A stretch of DNA of 55,278 nt from Candidatus Bathyarchaeota archaeon B26-2. Its GTDB lineage: Archaea; Thermoproteota; Bathyarchaeia; Bathyarchaeales; B26-1. The notes below the pieces were generated by a model. It had not been told where the DNA came from and searched no databases. It was given only the letters and a program-made list of their open reading frames with translations. This document shows, one piece after another, positions 1 to 9,218 of this stretch (positions are counted from its first letter, which is position 1; each line of letters opens with the position of its first letter). Where the stretch lies: positions 1 through 55,278 of the forward strand of contig LUCE01000007.1 of the NCBI GenBank assembly GCA_001593935.1. Reading direction: 5' to 3'. Position numbers and translations under genes: made by a program.

Positions 1-186
1 ATGATGTGTATAATAGAACTGGATTTTTAATCTGTAGTCTAAAACAACGATAAATGGTGTTAACCGCCTTTATGCGACGTATGCTGTTATGGGCGATTCC
101 TTCTTTTCAAAGGGCGCCTTGTTTTGTTTCTCCAGCGATCGTAAAATTTAAATAGTTGAACAGTTTAACATTTAAACTGAACGGAG

Positions 187-450
187 ATGAGCCGAAAAAG
201 ATCAAGACTCGAGATATACCTAGACATACTCCACGTCCTCAAGAAGGGGGAGAACAAGCCGACCCGCATCATGTACAGAACGAACCTCTCATGGACACCA
301 CTACAAAAGATACTGAACTCCATGGTCTCTCAGGGACTCATCGTAAAGAGAGAGAACAAAAGTAAGAAGATATACTTGATCACCGAAAAAGGACTGAACG
401 TACTAAGATACTTTGACAAAATAAAAGAGATGATAACGATCGAGCCGTAA
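187..450 (+). CDS. small winged-helix DNA-binding protein (COG3432-like archaeal regulator)
   Basis: 87-aa ORF. The pattern RSRLEIYLDIL..NKPTRIMYRTNLSW..GLI..YLITEKG is typical of small archaeal wHTH regulators. A TATA-like taaaatttaaatag lies at ~142-155, about 30 nt upstream. Confidence 0.6.
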   Translation: MSRKRSRLEIYLDILHVLKKGENKPTRIMYRTNLSWTPLQKILNSMVSQGLIVKRENKSKKIYLITEKGLNVLRYFDKIKEMITIEP

Positions 451-596
451 GCAGGGTAACATTCTCCAAACCCACTAACTTTTCTGCAGTAGCCCAAACC
501 TATTTTTAGCCGAACCTGAAGTGTAGGATTCTCTTTTTAACCAGAAGGTTTATATTTAACTTGAACGTTTTTTCATATGAAAAATTCGTTAGGTGA

Positions 597-842
597 ACCG
601 CTCTGACCCTGAATCTAAAACCCTACAGAACTCTAGACTGCATTGGACTTCGATGTCCAGAACCAGTCCTTAAAACCCGAGTGGAACTCGATAAGATCGA
701 CAGAGGAGAGATACTGGAGGTTATTGCCGACGACCCAGCTGCCGAAGAGGACATAAAGAGCTTAGTTAAGAGGCTTGGAGAAGAGTTACTACATATCCAG
801 AGAGAGGGGACGTATCTCCGCCTTTTGATAAAGAAATCATGA
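597..842 (+). CDS. tusA: TusA/SirA-like sulfur carrier protein; start codon unresolved (possible frameshift, see findings)
   Basis: The frame open from 597 reads ..YRTLDCIGLRCPEPVLKTRVELDKIDRGEILEVIADDPAAEEDIKSLVKRLGEELLHIQREGTYLRLLIKKS*. It carries the conserved LD-x-x-G-L-x-CP-x-P motif of TusA and lies directly upstream of a DsrE-like gene. It is absent from the ORF track because it has no in-frame ATG. Confidence 0.6.
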   Translation, partial: TALTLNLKPYRTLDCIGLRCPEPVLKTRVELDKIDRGEILEVIADDPAAEEDIKSLVKRLGEELLHIQREGTYLRLLIKKS

Positions 843-857
843 GGAGAGGGAGAGAAG

Positions 858-1223
858 ATGACGAAAAAGAAGATTTTATACATCCAGACCAGCGGGATAG
901 ATACGCCTGAACGGTTATACGCTCCCTTCATCTTAGGGACGACGGCCGTTGCAATGGGCATCGACGCAACAATTTACTTCCTGATAAAGGGAGTTACAGT
1001 AGTCAAGAAGGGAGAGGCTGAGAAGATAAAACTCGGAGACTTTCCATCACTCAAGGAGGTCATCGACCAAGCGGTCAAGGCCGGTGTAAAGCTTAGAGTC
1101 TGCGAACGGAGCTGTCAGCTGCTAGGCATCGGACGCGGCGACTTCATCGAAGGGGCAAAGATTGTGGGAGCCGCAACCCTCAACGACCTTGTACTGGACG
1201 CAGACGCCGTGATATGCTTCTAG
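858..1223 (+). CDS. DsrE/DsrF-like sulfur relay family protein (COG2210/DsrE3-like)
   Basis: 121 aa. The sequence KKILYIQTSG..PFILGTTAVAMGIDATIYF..VCERSCQLLGI..IVGAATL resembles DsrE3-type proteins. Pairing with TusA is a known arrangement. Confidence 0.7.
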   Translation: MTKKKILYIQTSGIDTPERLYAPFILGTTAVAMGIDATIYFLIKGVTVVKKGEAEKIKLGDFPSLKEVIDQAVKAGVKLRVCERSCQLLGIGRGDFIEGAKIVGAATLNDLVLDADAVICF

Positions 1224-1251
1224 AACCATGTAAGGAGGATGTAGACAACAG

Positions 1252-2361
1252 ATGAGCGTTTATGAAAGTAGAACCAGAAGGCTGCAGAACCTCTTACGGA
1301 GAAACGGGGTTGACGCGGCCGTCATATTGAGTTTGGGAAGCTACCTCTACTTCACCGGAGACGTCAGGAAACAGCCCAGAGTTGTGATACCAAGCGAAGG
1401 AGAACCCTTCCTTATAGTCTTCGAGAGTGAAGAGGAAGAAGCGAAGAACAACACCTGGATAAGAGATGTCAGGACTTACCGAAGCCTACACCAGATGATG
1501 GCCGCCATAATGACAGCTGCGAAGGAACAGAAGTGGAAGAAGGTTGGGTTTGAATTCGACTTCTTTCTCCCGGCCTTCCTCAACGAACGGTTCAAGATGG
1601 CCGTACCAACGGTTGAGGTCGTCGACATCCACGAACTCGTTACCTCACTCAAGATGATAAAGGATGAACAAGAGATAGGGCTGATCAGGAAGGCTGCGGA
1701 GATAGCCGTTGAAGGGATGAAGACCGCCATAGAGTACGTGGAGGAGGGAGTCACGGAGAACGAGGTTGCAGCTGAGGCTGAGTACGCGATGAGGAAGCTG
1801 GGGGCCGAAGGAACGGCCTTTCCAACGTTTGTAAACTCGGGTCCCCGTTCACTCTGGCTTCACGGACTCGTTACTCACCGGAAGATAGAGGAGGGCGACT
1901 TGGTCATAATCGACCTTGGACCCGTGTACCACGGCTACGCCGCGAACATGTGTCGAACTATCAACGTCGGCTCCGCGTCCGAAGGTAAACGGCGCCTCTA
2001 CAACGTTTACCTTACTATGCAGAGAACTGTTATAAACAACGTTAAGCCCGGGGTTAAGGTTCTGGACCTCGAAAACCTAGCCTTCAAAATTGTTCGGGAC
2101 GCTGGCTACGGGGAGTACTATGTCCGCGGGATAGGCCATGGTATAGGTTTAACCTTTGAGGAGACCCCTATGCCGACCATCTTTCCACAGGACGTGCTCG
2201 TCGAACTACGTCCAAAGATGGTATTCACCGTGGGGCATCCGGTTCTCTCCGTTCCGGGAATTGGAGGTGTCAGGATAGAAGACACACTATTGGTAACCGA
2301 GGATGGAAACGAGAAGCTCACAGAATATCCTGACACTCTCATAGGGAGGGTAAATGGGTAG
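1252..2361 (+). CDS. M24 family metallopeptidase (Xaa-Pro dipeptidase/aminopeptidase-like)
   Basis: 369 aa with a creatinase-like N-domain and the pita-bread motifs DLGPVYHGY, HGIGLTFEE and VRIEDTLLVT. Confidence 0.8.
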   Translation: MSVYESRTRRLQNLLRRNGVDAAVILSLGSYLYFTGDVRKQPRVVIPSEGEPFLIVFESEEEEAKNNTWIRDVRTYRSLHQMMAAIMTAAKEQKWKKVGFEFDFFLPAFLNERFKMAVPTVEVVDIHELVTSLKMIKDEQEIGLIRKAAEIAVEGMKTAIEYVEEGVTENEVAAEAEYAMRKLGAEGTAFPTFVNSGPRSLWLHGLVTHRKIEEGDLVIIDLGPVYHGYAANMCRTINVGSASEGKRRLYNVYLTMQRTVINNVKPGVKVLDLENLAFKIVRDAGYGEYYVRGIGHGIGLTFEETPMPTIFPQDVLVELRPKMVFTVGHPVLSVPGIGGVRIEDTLLVTEDGNEKLTEYPDTLIGRVNG

Positions 2362-2372
2362 GAGGTGAAAAT

Positions 2373-2684
2373 ATGGTTGAGGTAAACGGTCTTTCCGAGG
2401 TTGAGAGAGAACTTTACGAGAGACTGAAAGAGGTTGTCGACCCAGAGTTCGGCTTCTCAATCGTGGAACGGGGTTTAATAGACGAAATTGAGGTTAAGGG
2501 AGACAAAGCCAAGATTGTCTATCATCTGACGGTGCCCTTCTGTCCACCTGTCTTCGCTTTACATATCGGCAGAGAGATCAAGAGGAAGGCGTTGAGCATC
2601 TCAGGAGTGAAAGAAGTCGAGGTCAGAGTTCAAGGACATATCCAAGAAGAGGAGATAAATAAGGCCTTAAAAGAGGGAGAATAA
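2373..2684 (+). CDS. DUF59/MIP18-family Fe-S cluster assembly factor-like protein
   Basis: 103 aa. VVDPEFGFSIVERGLI and TVPFCP are characteristic of the DUF59 domain. Confidence 0.7.
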   Translation: MVEVNGLSEVERELYERLKEVVDPEFGFSIVERGLIDEIEVKGDKAKIVYHLTVPFCPPVFALHIGREIKRKALSISGVKEVEVRVQGHIQEEEINKALKEGE

Positions 2685-2686
2685 AA

Positions 2687-3031
2687 ATGGCGGCAAAAAA
2701 GATAGTTCTCAGGGAAGTTGAAGGCAGAGAGAAGGAAGACGTCAAATTCCATCCCCTGATCACTCCTTGGACTGTAGGTTCAAAACATCTGATGATGGCG
2801 GAGCTCGAGATAAGACCTAAAGGGACCCTTCTTAGGCATAATCACGGAAGTTCCGAGGTTGCAGTATACTTCATCAGTGGGGAAGGAGAAGTCGAGATAG
2901 ACGGAGAGAGGTTTTACGGAAGCTCTGATACTTGCTTCTTTGTCCCCGCGGGTTCAGAGGTCGAGATCAGAAATACAGGGAAAGAGGCGTTACGTGTTCT
3001 GGTTAGTAGAGCTCCCCCACCAAAAGAATGA
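2687..3031 (+). CDS. cupin domain protein
   Basis: 114 aa with a cupin-like HNHGSSEVAVYFISGEG..FVPAG beta-barrel signature. It starts 3 nt after the preceding stop. Confidence 0.6.
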   Translation: MAAKKIVLREVEGREKEDVKFHPLITPWTVGSKHLMMAELEIRPKGTLLRHNHGSSEVAVYFISGEGEVEIDGERFYGSSDTCFFVPAGSEVEIRNTGKEALRVLVSRAPPPKE

Positions 3032-3069
3032 ATCAAGATCATGTCTTCTCCGTCGGGAGAGAGTGAGCC

Positions 3070-3537
3070 GTGGCTGAAACAGAAGTTGAGATACCTATCG
3101 AAGCCCCCATATCAGCCGTATGGAGACTCTTGACCGATCTTGAGGCTCTAGGGCTATGTCTGCCTTTCGTCGAGAAGACGGAGAGGTTAAAGGATGAAGG
3201 AAGCCGCTGGTTCATAAAGTCTCCTATGTGTTCTATCACAAGGACCCCTCACTTGGATACTGCAATAGAATCTAAGGTTCCAGAGGCTCAGCTCTCGATC
3301 TCCGGAGAAGGAAGCAACCTCAAAATTATGCTCAGATTCCTCTTAAACGCCGTCTCAAAGAGAGAGACCATGTTGACACTTGAAGGGGAGATAAACGCCA
3401 AAGGACTGTTAAGTAGGATTTTATCCCCTATGATCTCGACTCAGGTCGATGTTCAAATGGAGGCGTTCGTCCAGAAGATTAAAGAGAAGATCGAGATAGA
3501 GACCTTGAAGAGAGACAAGTTATTAGAGAGGCCTTAA
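3070..3537 (+). CDS. SRPBCC/CoxG-like ligand-binding protein
   Basis: 155 aa with a GTG start. The N-terminus EVEIPIEAPISAVWRLLTDLEALGLCLPFVE resembles the CoxG/SRPBCC fold family. Confidence 0.45.
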   Translation: MAETEVEIPIEAPISAVWRLLTDLEALGLCLPFVEKTERLKDEGSRWFIKSPMCSITRTPHLDTAIESKVPEAQLSISGEGSNLKIMLRFLLNAVSKRETMLTLEGEINAKGLLSRILSPMISTQVDVQMEAFVQKIKEKIEIETLKRDKLLERP

Positions 3538-3538
3538 T

Positions 3539-4087
3539 ATGGAACATAAGGATGCACATCACAACTTTGCCTCGAGGATAAACTTAGAGGAGTCACCCAA
3601 TCTAGTTAGATTGTTTGACCTTGCAAAACCGTACCTAGAGGGGAACGACCTCGGTGTAGGTCACACGGAAAGGGTTTTGGAGATAGCTGAAAGGCATTTC
3701 CAGATTCCTCCTCAGATAAAAGAACTGGTTTTGGCCACCATAATTCTACACGATATCGGTGGAAAGTCCATAAAAGAACAGTACGAGAAAGGACCGCAGA
3801 TTGCAACTGAACTTCTAAAGGGTTTAGGGTATGAAAGAGAGTTCATCGAAGAGGTCTGCAACATCATAAGAACCCATCACGATAGACCGAAAACACCCTC
3901 AGAAGCCTTCAAGGTACTATACGACTCTGACCAGCTCGTGAAGTTCTCCGAAGAAGAATTTAGATACTACAACTCGCAACGAGACTTCAGATGGGACGAA
4001 GTGATAAGAAATCTCTACTACGAACATTCTAAGAGATTAGCAATCGAGATGTTGAAGAGGCGTTTAGCCGAGGTTAAGGCAACGTAG
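3539..4087 (+). CDS. HD domain phosphohydrolase
   Basis: 182 aa with the HD-superfamily residues GHTERV ... IILHDIGG ... RTHHD. It starts 2 nt after the previous stop. Confidence 0.7.
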   Translation: MEHKDAHHNFASRINLEESPNLVRLFDLAKPYLEGNDLGVGHTERVLEIAERHFQIPPQIKELVLATIILHDIGGKSIKEQYEKGPQIATELLKGLGYEREFIEEVCNIIRTHHDRPKTPSEAFKVLYDSDQLVKFSEEEFRYYNSQRDFRWDEVIRNLYYEHSKRLAIEMLKRRLAEVKAT

Positions 4088-4220
4088 CGTGACTGAGGGA
4101 ACGTTATCTGTTAAGCTGTTAGTCAACACCTTTATTAGATGAAAATTATAACAGCGTTATATTTAAATATGAGCGGTATTTACTTTCTTATCCAGAGGGC
4201 GAGAAAGCGGTGGCACCCAA

Positions 4221-5138
4221 TTGTTCGGTCAGTTCCTCTTAGCCTTCAGGGAGACTTTAGAGGCCGCTTTTGTGACGTCGATAATACTGGCTTATCTGGC
4301 TAGAACTGAGAGAAGAACGTTAATACGTTACGCTTGGCGTGGAGTCTATCTGGCAGTCTTGACGAGCTTAATCTTCGGGGCGTTCATCTGGTTCCTGTAC
4401 GGAGGTCTAAGCGGACCGGTCAAGATGTTGTTTGAGGGAACAGCAGCTCTTTTGGCGGTTATGGTCTTGTCATCCATGATCTATTGGATGGCGTCTAAGG
4501 GAAGACGCATCAAGACTGATGTGGAGAAACGATTAAAAGAGATAGTGACCCGAGAGGCAACCCTCACCTTGACTTTCTTCTCCTTCATCGTTGTCTTCCG
4601 AGAGGGGCTTGAGAGCGTACTCTTCTTAACTCCCTTCCTGCTAGAAGACTTCACGGGCACCCTCGTCGGAGTCCTTCTCGGAGTAGCGTCCTCGCTGACC
4701 TTCGCCTACGTGACGTTCGTCGCCGGCATGAAGATCAACATACGAAGGTTCTTCTACACCACAAGCATTTTACTCGTCCTTCTAGCCGGAGGCCTAGCCG
4801 GCTACGGAGTACACGAACTCGCAGAATACTCCGAGGAGACCAACGTAGACTTAGGATGGCTAGGCGAACAAGCCTATAACCTAGGGATTCCAGAAGGCAG
4901 TCCTCTACACCATAAAGGCGTAGCAGGCTCAGTACTAGCAGTGATGTTTGGATATACCGTGGAAGCCGAATGGATCAGGGTGATCGTCCACGTTGCGTAC
5001 CTGGTCATAGCTCTACCTATGGTAATCTGGGTTTACAGGAAACGGACGGACACAAAGCCCATACATCAAAAGAGAGAAGCGGCTCACGATCACTCATCAC
5101 CAGAAACCTCAAGCAAAGACCACTCAGTACGCCTATAA
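4221..5138 (+). CDS. FTR1/EfeU-family high-affinity iron permease
   Basis: 305 aa, multi-TM, with two REXLE motifs (FRETLEAAF and FREGLESVLF) diagnostic of FTR1 permeases. TTG start. Confidence 0.75.
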   Translation: MFGQFLLAFRETLEAAFVTSIILAYLARTERRTLIRYAWRGVYLAVLTSLIFGAFIWFLYGGLSGPVKMLFEGTAALLAVMVLSSMIYWMASKGRRIKTDVEKRLKEIVTREATLTLTFFSFIVVFREGLESVLFLTPFLLEDFTGTLVGVLLGVASSLTFAYVTFVAGMKINIRRFFYTTSILLVLLAGGLAGYGVHELAEYSEETNVDLGWLGEQAYNLGIPEGSPLHHKGVAGSVLAVMFGYTVEAEWIRVIVHVAYLVIALPMVIWVYRKRTDTKPIHQKREAAHDHSSPETSSKDHSVRL

Positions 5139-5238
5139 CCCCTCGATCACTAATAAAGACGAAACTTCAAACCAGGAGGTAAAATCATACAAAAAGCAAA
5201 AATAAGCCTAAAAAATTGCCCAAAACACGGGCTTTAGA

Positions 5239-5328
5239 TGGAGCCTCGGGCGGGATTTGAACCCGCGACAACCGCCTCTTCAGACTCTTTACCAAGGCGG
5301 TGCCCTAACCCGGCTGGGCCACCGAGGC
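5239..5328 (-). tRNA. tRNA-Thr(GGU) with a 12-nt canonical (37/38) intron and encoded CCA
   Basis: The minus strand reads GCCTCGG-TG-GCCC-AGCCGGGTTA-GGGC-A-CCGCC-TTGGTA[AAGAGTCTGAAG]A-GGCGG-TTGTC-GCGGG-TTCAAAT-CCCGC-CCGAGGC-T-CCA. The acceptor, D, anticodon and T stems are perfect, the discriminator is U73, and oligo-T runs lie downstream. Confidence 0.8.
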
Positions 5329-5441
5329 CTAGAAAAATTTAGGGTTTAGGGCTGATTTTAAGTTTTTGTTTTCTGGTTGCTGGGCTTCAGAAAACATCTT
5401 ATTGTAGGTTCGTGTAGGGTATATGCGGGACGGTCTCCGCC

Positions 5442-6560
5442 TTGAGTCGCACTGAGGTTATGATAGGTGTTGGAACTAGGCCTGAGATAATTAAGATGGC
5501 GCCTGTGATGAGGGCCTTCGATAGATGCGGGTTTCCTTACACGTTCGTCCATAGTGGCCAGCATCACGACTACAACCTCTCTCTCCAGTTCATAGAGGAG
5601 CTGGGCCTCCGTAAACCCGACTACAACCTTAGGGTTAGAGAGCGGGCGCCCGGGAGGCAGACAGGCCGCATCCTGATAGGCTTCGAGAGGGCGATAAAGA
5701 TGTTTAAGCCCAGCCTCCTGCTCGTCGAGGGAGACACCAACTCCGTCTTGGCTGCAGCCCTAGCCGCGAACAAGAACGGTGTCGCTGTTGGCCACGTGGA
5801 GGCCGGCTTGAGGAGCTTCGACCTACGTATGCCAGAGGAACATAATAGACGTTTAGTCGACCACATTGCAAGTTATCTCTTCGCTCCAACCGAGAATGCT
5901 AAGAGGAACCTCACACGCGAGAACGTTTGGGGCCGGATATACGTCACAGGGAACACCGTCATCGACGCGTGTATAGAGAACATCCCCATAGCCGAGAGAA
6001 CCTCTAAGATCATGAGCTCCCTCAACCTGGGAGAGTATATACTCGCTACAGTTCACAGGGCAGAGAACGTAGACAACCCGAAGGTCTTGAGGAACTTCGT
6101 GGAAGCCTTCGAGGAGGCCCCCATACCGGTCGTGGTTCCCCTCCACCCCAGAACAGTTAAGAGGCTGAAGAGGCTTCAACTCTGGAAGCGAGTAAATAAT
6201 TCCAGAAACATAAGGGTCCTACCTCCAGTAGGATACTTCGACTTCCTCCTCCTAATGAAGAACTGTAAGCTCATAATGACCGATTCAGGCGGGATTCAGG
6301 AGGAAGCCACAGCTCCGCCGATAAGGAAGTTCGTCCTCATCTTGAGGATCTCAACAGAGAGACCGGAAGCCGTCGAAGCCGGCTTCGCCAAGATCGTAGG
6401 GGTTGAGAAGGAGAGTATACTGAAGGCTCTAGACGAAGCCCTAAGAAGCGAAACGGCTCTTCCAGAGAGGTCACCCTTCGGTGACGGAACATCCGGAAAG
6501 AGGATAGCAAATCTCATAATTGAAGAGATAATCCCGGAACTGAAGAAACAGGCCTCTTAG
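5442..6560 (+). CDS. wecB: UDP-N-acetylglucosamine 2-epimerase (non-hydrolysing)
   Basis: 372 aa with the motifs GTRPEIIKMAPV, HVEAGLRS and DSGGIQEEA. Confidence 0.85.
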   Translation: MSRTEVMIGVGTRPEIIKMAPVMRAFDRCGFPYTFVHSGQHHDYNLSLQFIEELGLRKPDYNLRVRERAPGRQTGRILIGFERAIKMFKPSLLLVEGDTNSVLAAALAANKNGVAVGHVEAGLRSFDLRMPEEHNRRLVDHIASYLFAPTENAKRNLTRENVWGRIYVTGNTVIDACIENIPIAERTSKIMSSLNLGEYILATVHRAENVDNPKVLRNFVEAFEEAPIPVVVPLHPRTVKRLKRLQLWKRVNNSRNIRVLPPVGYFDFLLLMKNCKLIMTDSGGIQEEATAPPIRKFVLILRISTERPEAVEAGFAKIVGVEKESILKALDEALRSETALPERSPFGDGTSGKRIANLIIEEIIPELKKQAS

Positions 6561-6601
6561 ACAGCCTCTGCAAAGGTCTTCCAGAAAGTTAATCATTATT
6601 A

Positions 6602-7984
6602 GTGAGGATCGATCATCTTCTTTTCAGTATGGGACGATTGAAGAGTAAAGGGAAGAAGTTCGTAAAGAAAGTTAGAAAGAGGATACCCTGGGTAGAGCAT
6701 ATCATAAGTGATGTAGAGGCTGCGGGAGACCTAAATCCTGAAGGAGCCGTCGAAGTTAAGGCTCGTGAAGGGAGCCTCTGTCTGGTTTGCAGAGGAGGTA
6801 GGAGGCTCTGTGGTAAGCCTAGGTGCCCAGCCGTGGTTAAGCTCAGGTCCTTCTTAAACGTGAGGAAAGCCGTAGACTCAACCGAGATGGTTGGTTCCTC
6901 TCCTCCCGGAGTCTTTGTCGGACGTATAGGATACCCTTATGTCTATGCTGGGCCTCTGGTTCCCCCAGTCCTCGGCGACACCTCGCTTCTAGATGCTCCT
7001 GAGAAGTGGGTCGGCAAGGATTTAGACGAGATCGTTGGTTTTAGGACCTCTCTCGTCAGGAGCAGGTTCAGGGTTAACGTGAAGAAGCCTGAGAAGGCTG
7101 AGAGGCTTATGGACCGGACCTTGGAGTTAGCCCTCTCGGAGAAGCCAGTCGACGCCGACGTCGTCTTCAAGAAGAGGCCTTCAGGGGTCTTTCTCTTCGA
7201 TGGCGAGGTTCAACCTATGGGTCCCTCAGCCCCCCTTAAGGAGATCGAGGTTGGGAGTGCGAGAGCGGATCGTAGGATCGAAAAAGCCTATTCGGACACT
7301 GACCTTAAGGCTGAGGAGGCTGCGTTGAGCCTATACTTGGACGGCGTTCCCGTCTCGAGGATTCAGAGAGCCTTCAGCGTTGGGGCGTTCGGCGTTGCGA
7401 GGCAGAGGAGGCTCGTTCCAACGAGGTGGAGCATAACCGCTGTGGACTCAACGATCTCGAGAAGGCTGATAGAGGAGATGGTCAAGGGGAGGGAGACCAT
7501 AAACGAGTATAGGGTCTACGAGTTCAGTTACTTAGGGAACCGGTTCGTCGTTCTCTTGATGCCTGGGAGCTGGAGTTACGAGTGGATAGAGGCTTGGCAT
7601 CCCAGAACCGTCTTCAACCCTTCCACCACGAGTATAGCGATGGGTGGAGAGGGCTATAGGGGCAGGACCACCTACGCCTCCATAGGTGGATGCTACTACG
7701 CCGTCAGACTCGCGGTTGCTGAACATCTGGCAAGGGAGAGGAGACAAGCGACCGTCCTAGCGATGAGAGAGATAAGCCCAGGCTTCATAACCCCCCTAGG
7801 AGTCTGGATAAACAGGGAATCCGTCCGCGAAGCCTTGAGAAGGAGCTACCGAAAATTTAACACCCTCGAGGACGCCTTGAAGTACGTAAACACCAGATTC
7901 ACAATCAATATTGAGGAATGGGCGAAGATGAGCGTCCTCATCCAGAACGCCCTACACCAAGAGAAAATCACAAAGTACTTTTAG
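6602..7984 (+). CDS. nre: Nre-family archaeal DNA repair protein (DUF650/DUF651) with C-terminal PIP box
   Basis: 460 aa with an N-terminal Cys cluster, CLVCRGGRRLCGKPRCP. The C-terminus QEKITKYF* fits the PCNA-interaction consensus QxxIxxYF. The true start may be the internal MGRLKSKG. Confidence 0.6.
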   Translation: MRIDHLLFSMGRLKSKGKKFVKKVRKRIPWVEHIISDVEAAGDLNPEGAVEVKAREGSLCLVCRGGRRLCGKPRCPAVVKLRSFLNVRKAVDSTEMVGSSPPGVFVGRIGYPYVYAGPLVPPVLGDTSLLDAPEKWVGKDLDEIVGFRTSLVRSRFRVNVKKPEKAERLMDRTLELALSEKPVDADVVFKKRPSGVFLFDGEVQPMGPSAPLKEIEVGSARADRRIEKAYSDTDLKAEEAALSLYLDGVPVSRIQRAFSVGAFGVARQRRLVPTRWSITAVDSTISRRLIEEMVKGRETINEYRVYEFSYLGNRFVVLLMPGSWSYEWIEAWHPRTVFNPSTTSIAMGGEGYRGRTTYASIGGCYYAVRLAVAEHLARERRQATVLAMREISPGFITPLGVWINRESVREALRRSYRKFNTLEDALKYVNTRFTINIEEWAKMSVLIQNALHQEKITKYF

Positions 7985-8026
7985 GGCGCCTCTTTATTGT
8001 TATCTTTAGTATTATGAGCCCTGCGC

Positions 8027-9094
8027 CTAGAGCCCTCTCATAGTTTTCAGTAGACTGGTTGCCAGTTTGTCGTCCGTCTCCTCGCAGACGGAGGCTGCTA
8101 AGTCCACCTTTACGCTTCGAGGTTCCGCTCCCCAGAGCCTCCTGAAGTTAGTTGAGTATATCTTCTTCAAGACGTGGTTGGGGAGGTTCAACCCTCTGAA
8201 GGGTTCACTATACCTTGTGAGCAGCCAATCAGCCGTCGACGGCGTGTAGAACTCCTCATCTGACTCGAGAAAGTTCCTTATCAGCCATACGCGGTCCAGA
8301 TGCTGCTGGAGGGTCCGGCTTACTCCTATATCAGTTCCGAAGAGTATTCTATCACAGTACCTAATGAAGAAGGTTCTCCAGTCGTCTCTACGCTTCGAGA
8401 TGTTGTGGATGAGTTCGATTCCGAGGGCTAAGTCTAAATTCGCGTTCTTGTGGCTGTCAAGGAATCTGGAGAGACCCTCTAGGTTAGCTGACATGAAGTA
8501 GAAGTGGCATAGGACTATCTTGAGTTTCGGATGGTCATCGAGGACATTCTCCATCTCGCTGTAGAGCTCCTCTTTACTTGGGTAGTCGTCTCCATAATAG
8601 GCCCAGCCCCTCTCCTTAGCCCAATTGGGAATAAGCCTCTCATCCCAGAACTCCTCCGGGTCGGCTACGTGGCAGAGAACGGCGTAGCCGCGAGACTCAC
8701 ATGTGGACCAGAGGCCCTCATAGTATGGATCGTCTAGGGGAACCCTCTCACCTCTGGGAGCGGGCTTCGAGACGATCTCTCCAACCCCGTCGAACCCAGC
8801 CTCCATCATAAGATTGAGATACCGGTTCCAATTCACCTTCTTGGAGGTCTCTGGGTTTGGCAAGGGGCATCCGGCATAGAAGAGTCCGGGATACTTGATC
8901 TTCAAGTATAGGCCCAAGGCGCCTGCTGAGATGTAAATCTGGGTTAAGTATCCTCCCTTGATTAGTTCCTTTAGGGTCTCAGCCTCATCCTCTAGGTCGT
9001 CTTCACTGCTGATCCTCGATGGATGTATGTGGACGTGACAGTCTACGATCGGTAAATCGGCGAACTCTGAGAACTTCAATCTTGAAGCCTCCAA
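8027..9094 (-). CDS. amidohydrolase-family metal-dependent hydrolase (TIM barrel)
   Basis: 355 aa with an N-terminal VDCHVHIHP metal-binding motif and later HV/HF/D residues. Confidence 0.6.
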   Translation of the reverse strand: MEASRLKFSEFADLPIVDCHVHIHPSRISSEDDLEDEAETLKELIKGGYLTQIYISAGALGLYLKIKYPGLFYAGCPLPNPETSKKVNWNRYLNLMMEAGFDGVGEIVSKPAPRGERVPLDDPYYEGLWSTCESRGYAVLCHVADPEEFWDERLIPNWAKERGWAYYGDDYPSKEELYSEMENVLDDHPKLKIVLCHFYFMSANLEGLSRFLDSHKNANLDLALGIELIHNISKRRDDWRTFFIRYCDRILFGTDIGVSRTLQQHLDRVWLIRNFLESDEEFYTPSTADWLLTRYSEPFRGLNLPNHVLKKIYSTNFRRLWGAEPRSVKVDLAASVCEETDDKLATSLLKTMRGL

Positions 9095-9218
9095 CCTTCC
9101 TCTCTAAGCCGCTCCATTCTATTTAATGGCTAAAGGGCGAGGTTGTATTAAGCTTTCACCCTCAATCATACCGTGTGCCTTGAGCGTTTTTCAAGGCTAA
9201 ACTCTTTCTTTACTCGAT

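Noticed and set aside
623-961. 112-aa minus-strand ORF
   Set aside because: It is antisense to the TusA-like and DsrE-like coding frames, which have clear family motifs. Its Ser/Pro/Leu-rich composition is typical of shadow ORFs.
5239-5328. Alternative reading of the intron-containing tRNA as tRNA-Phe(GAA) via the CTGAAGA loop
   Set aside because: It would need a non-canonical intron at 31/32 with no BHB. Discriminator U73 and the canonical 37/38 bulge geometry fit Thr(GGU).
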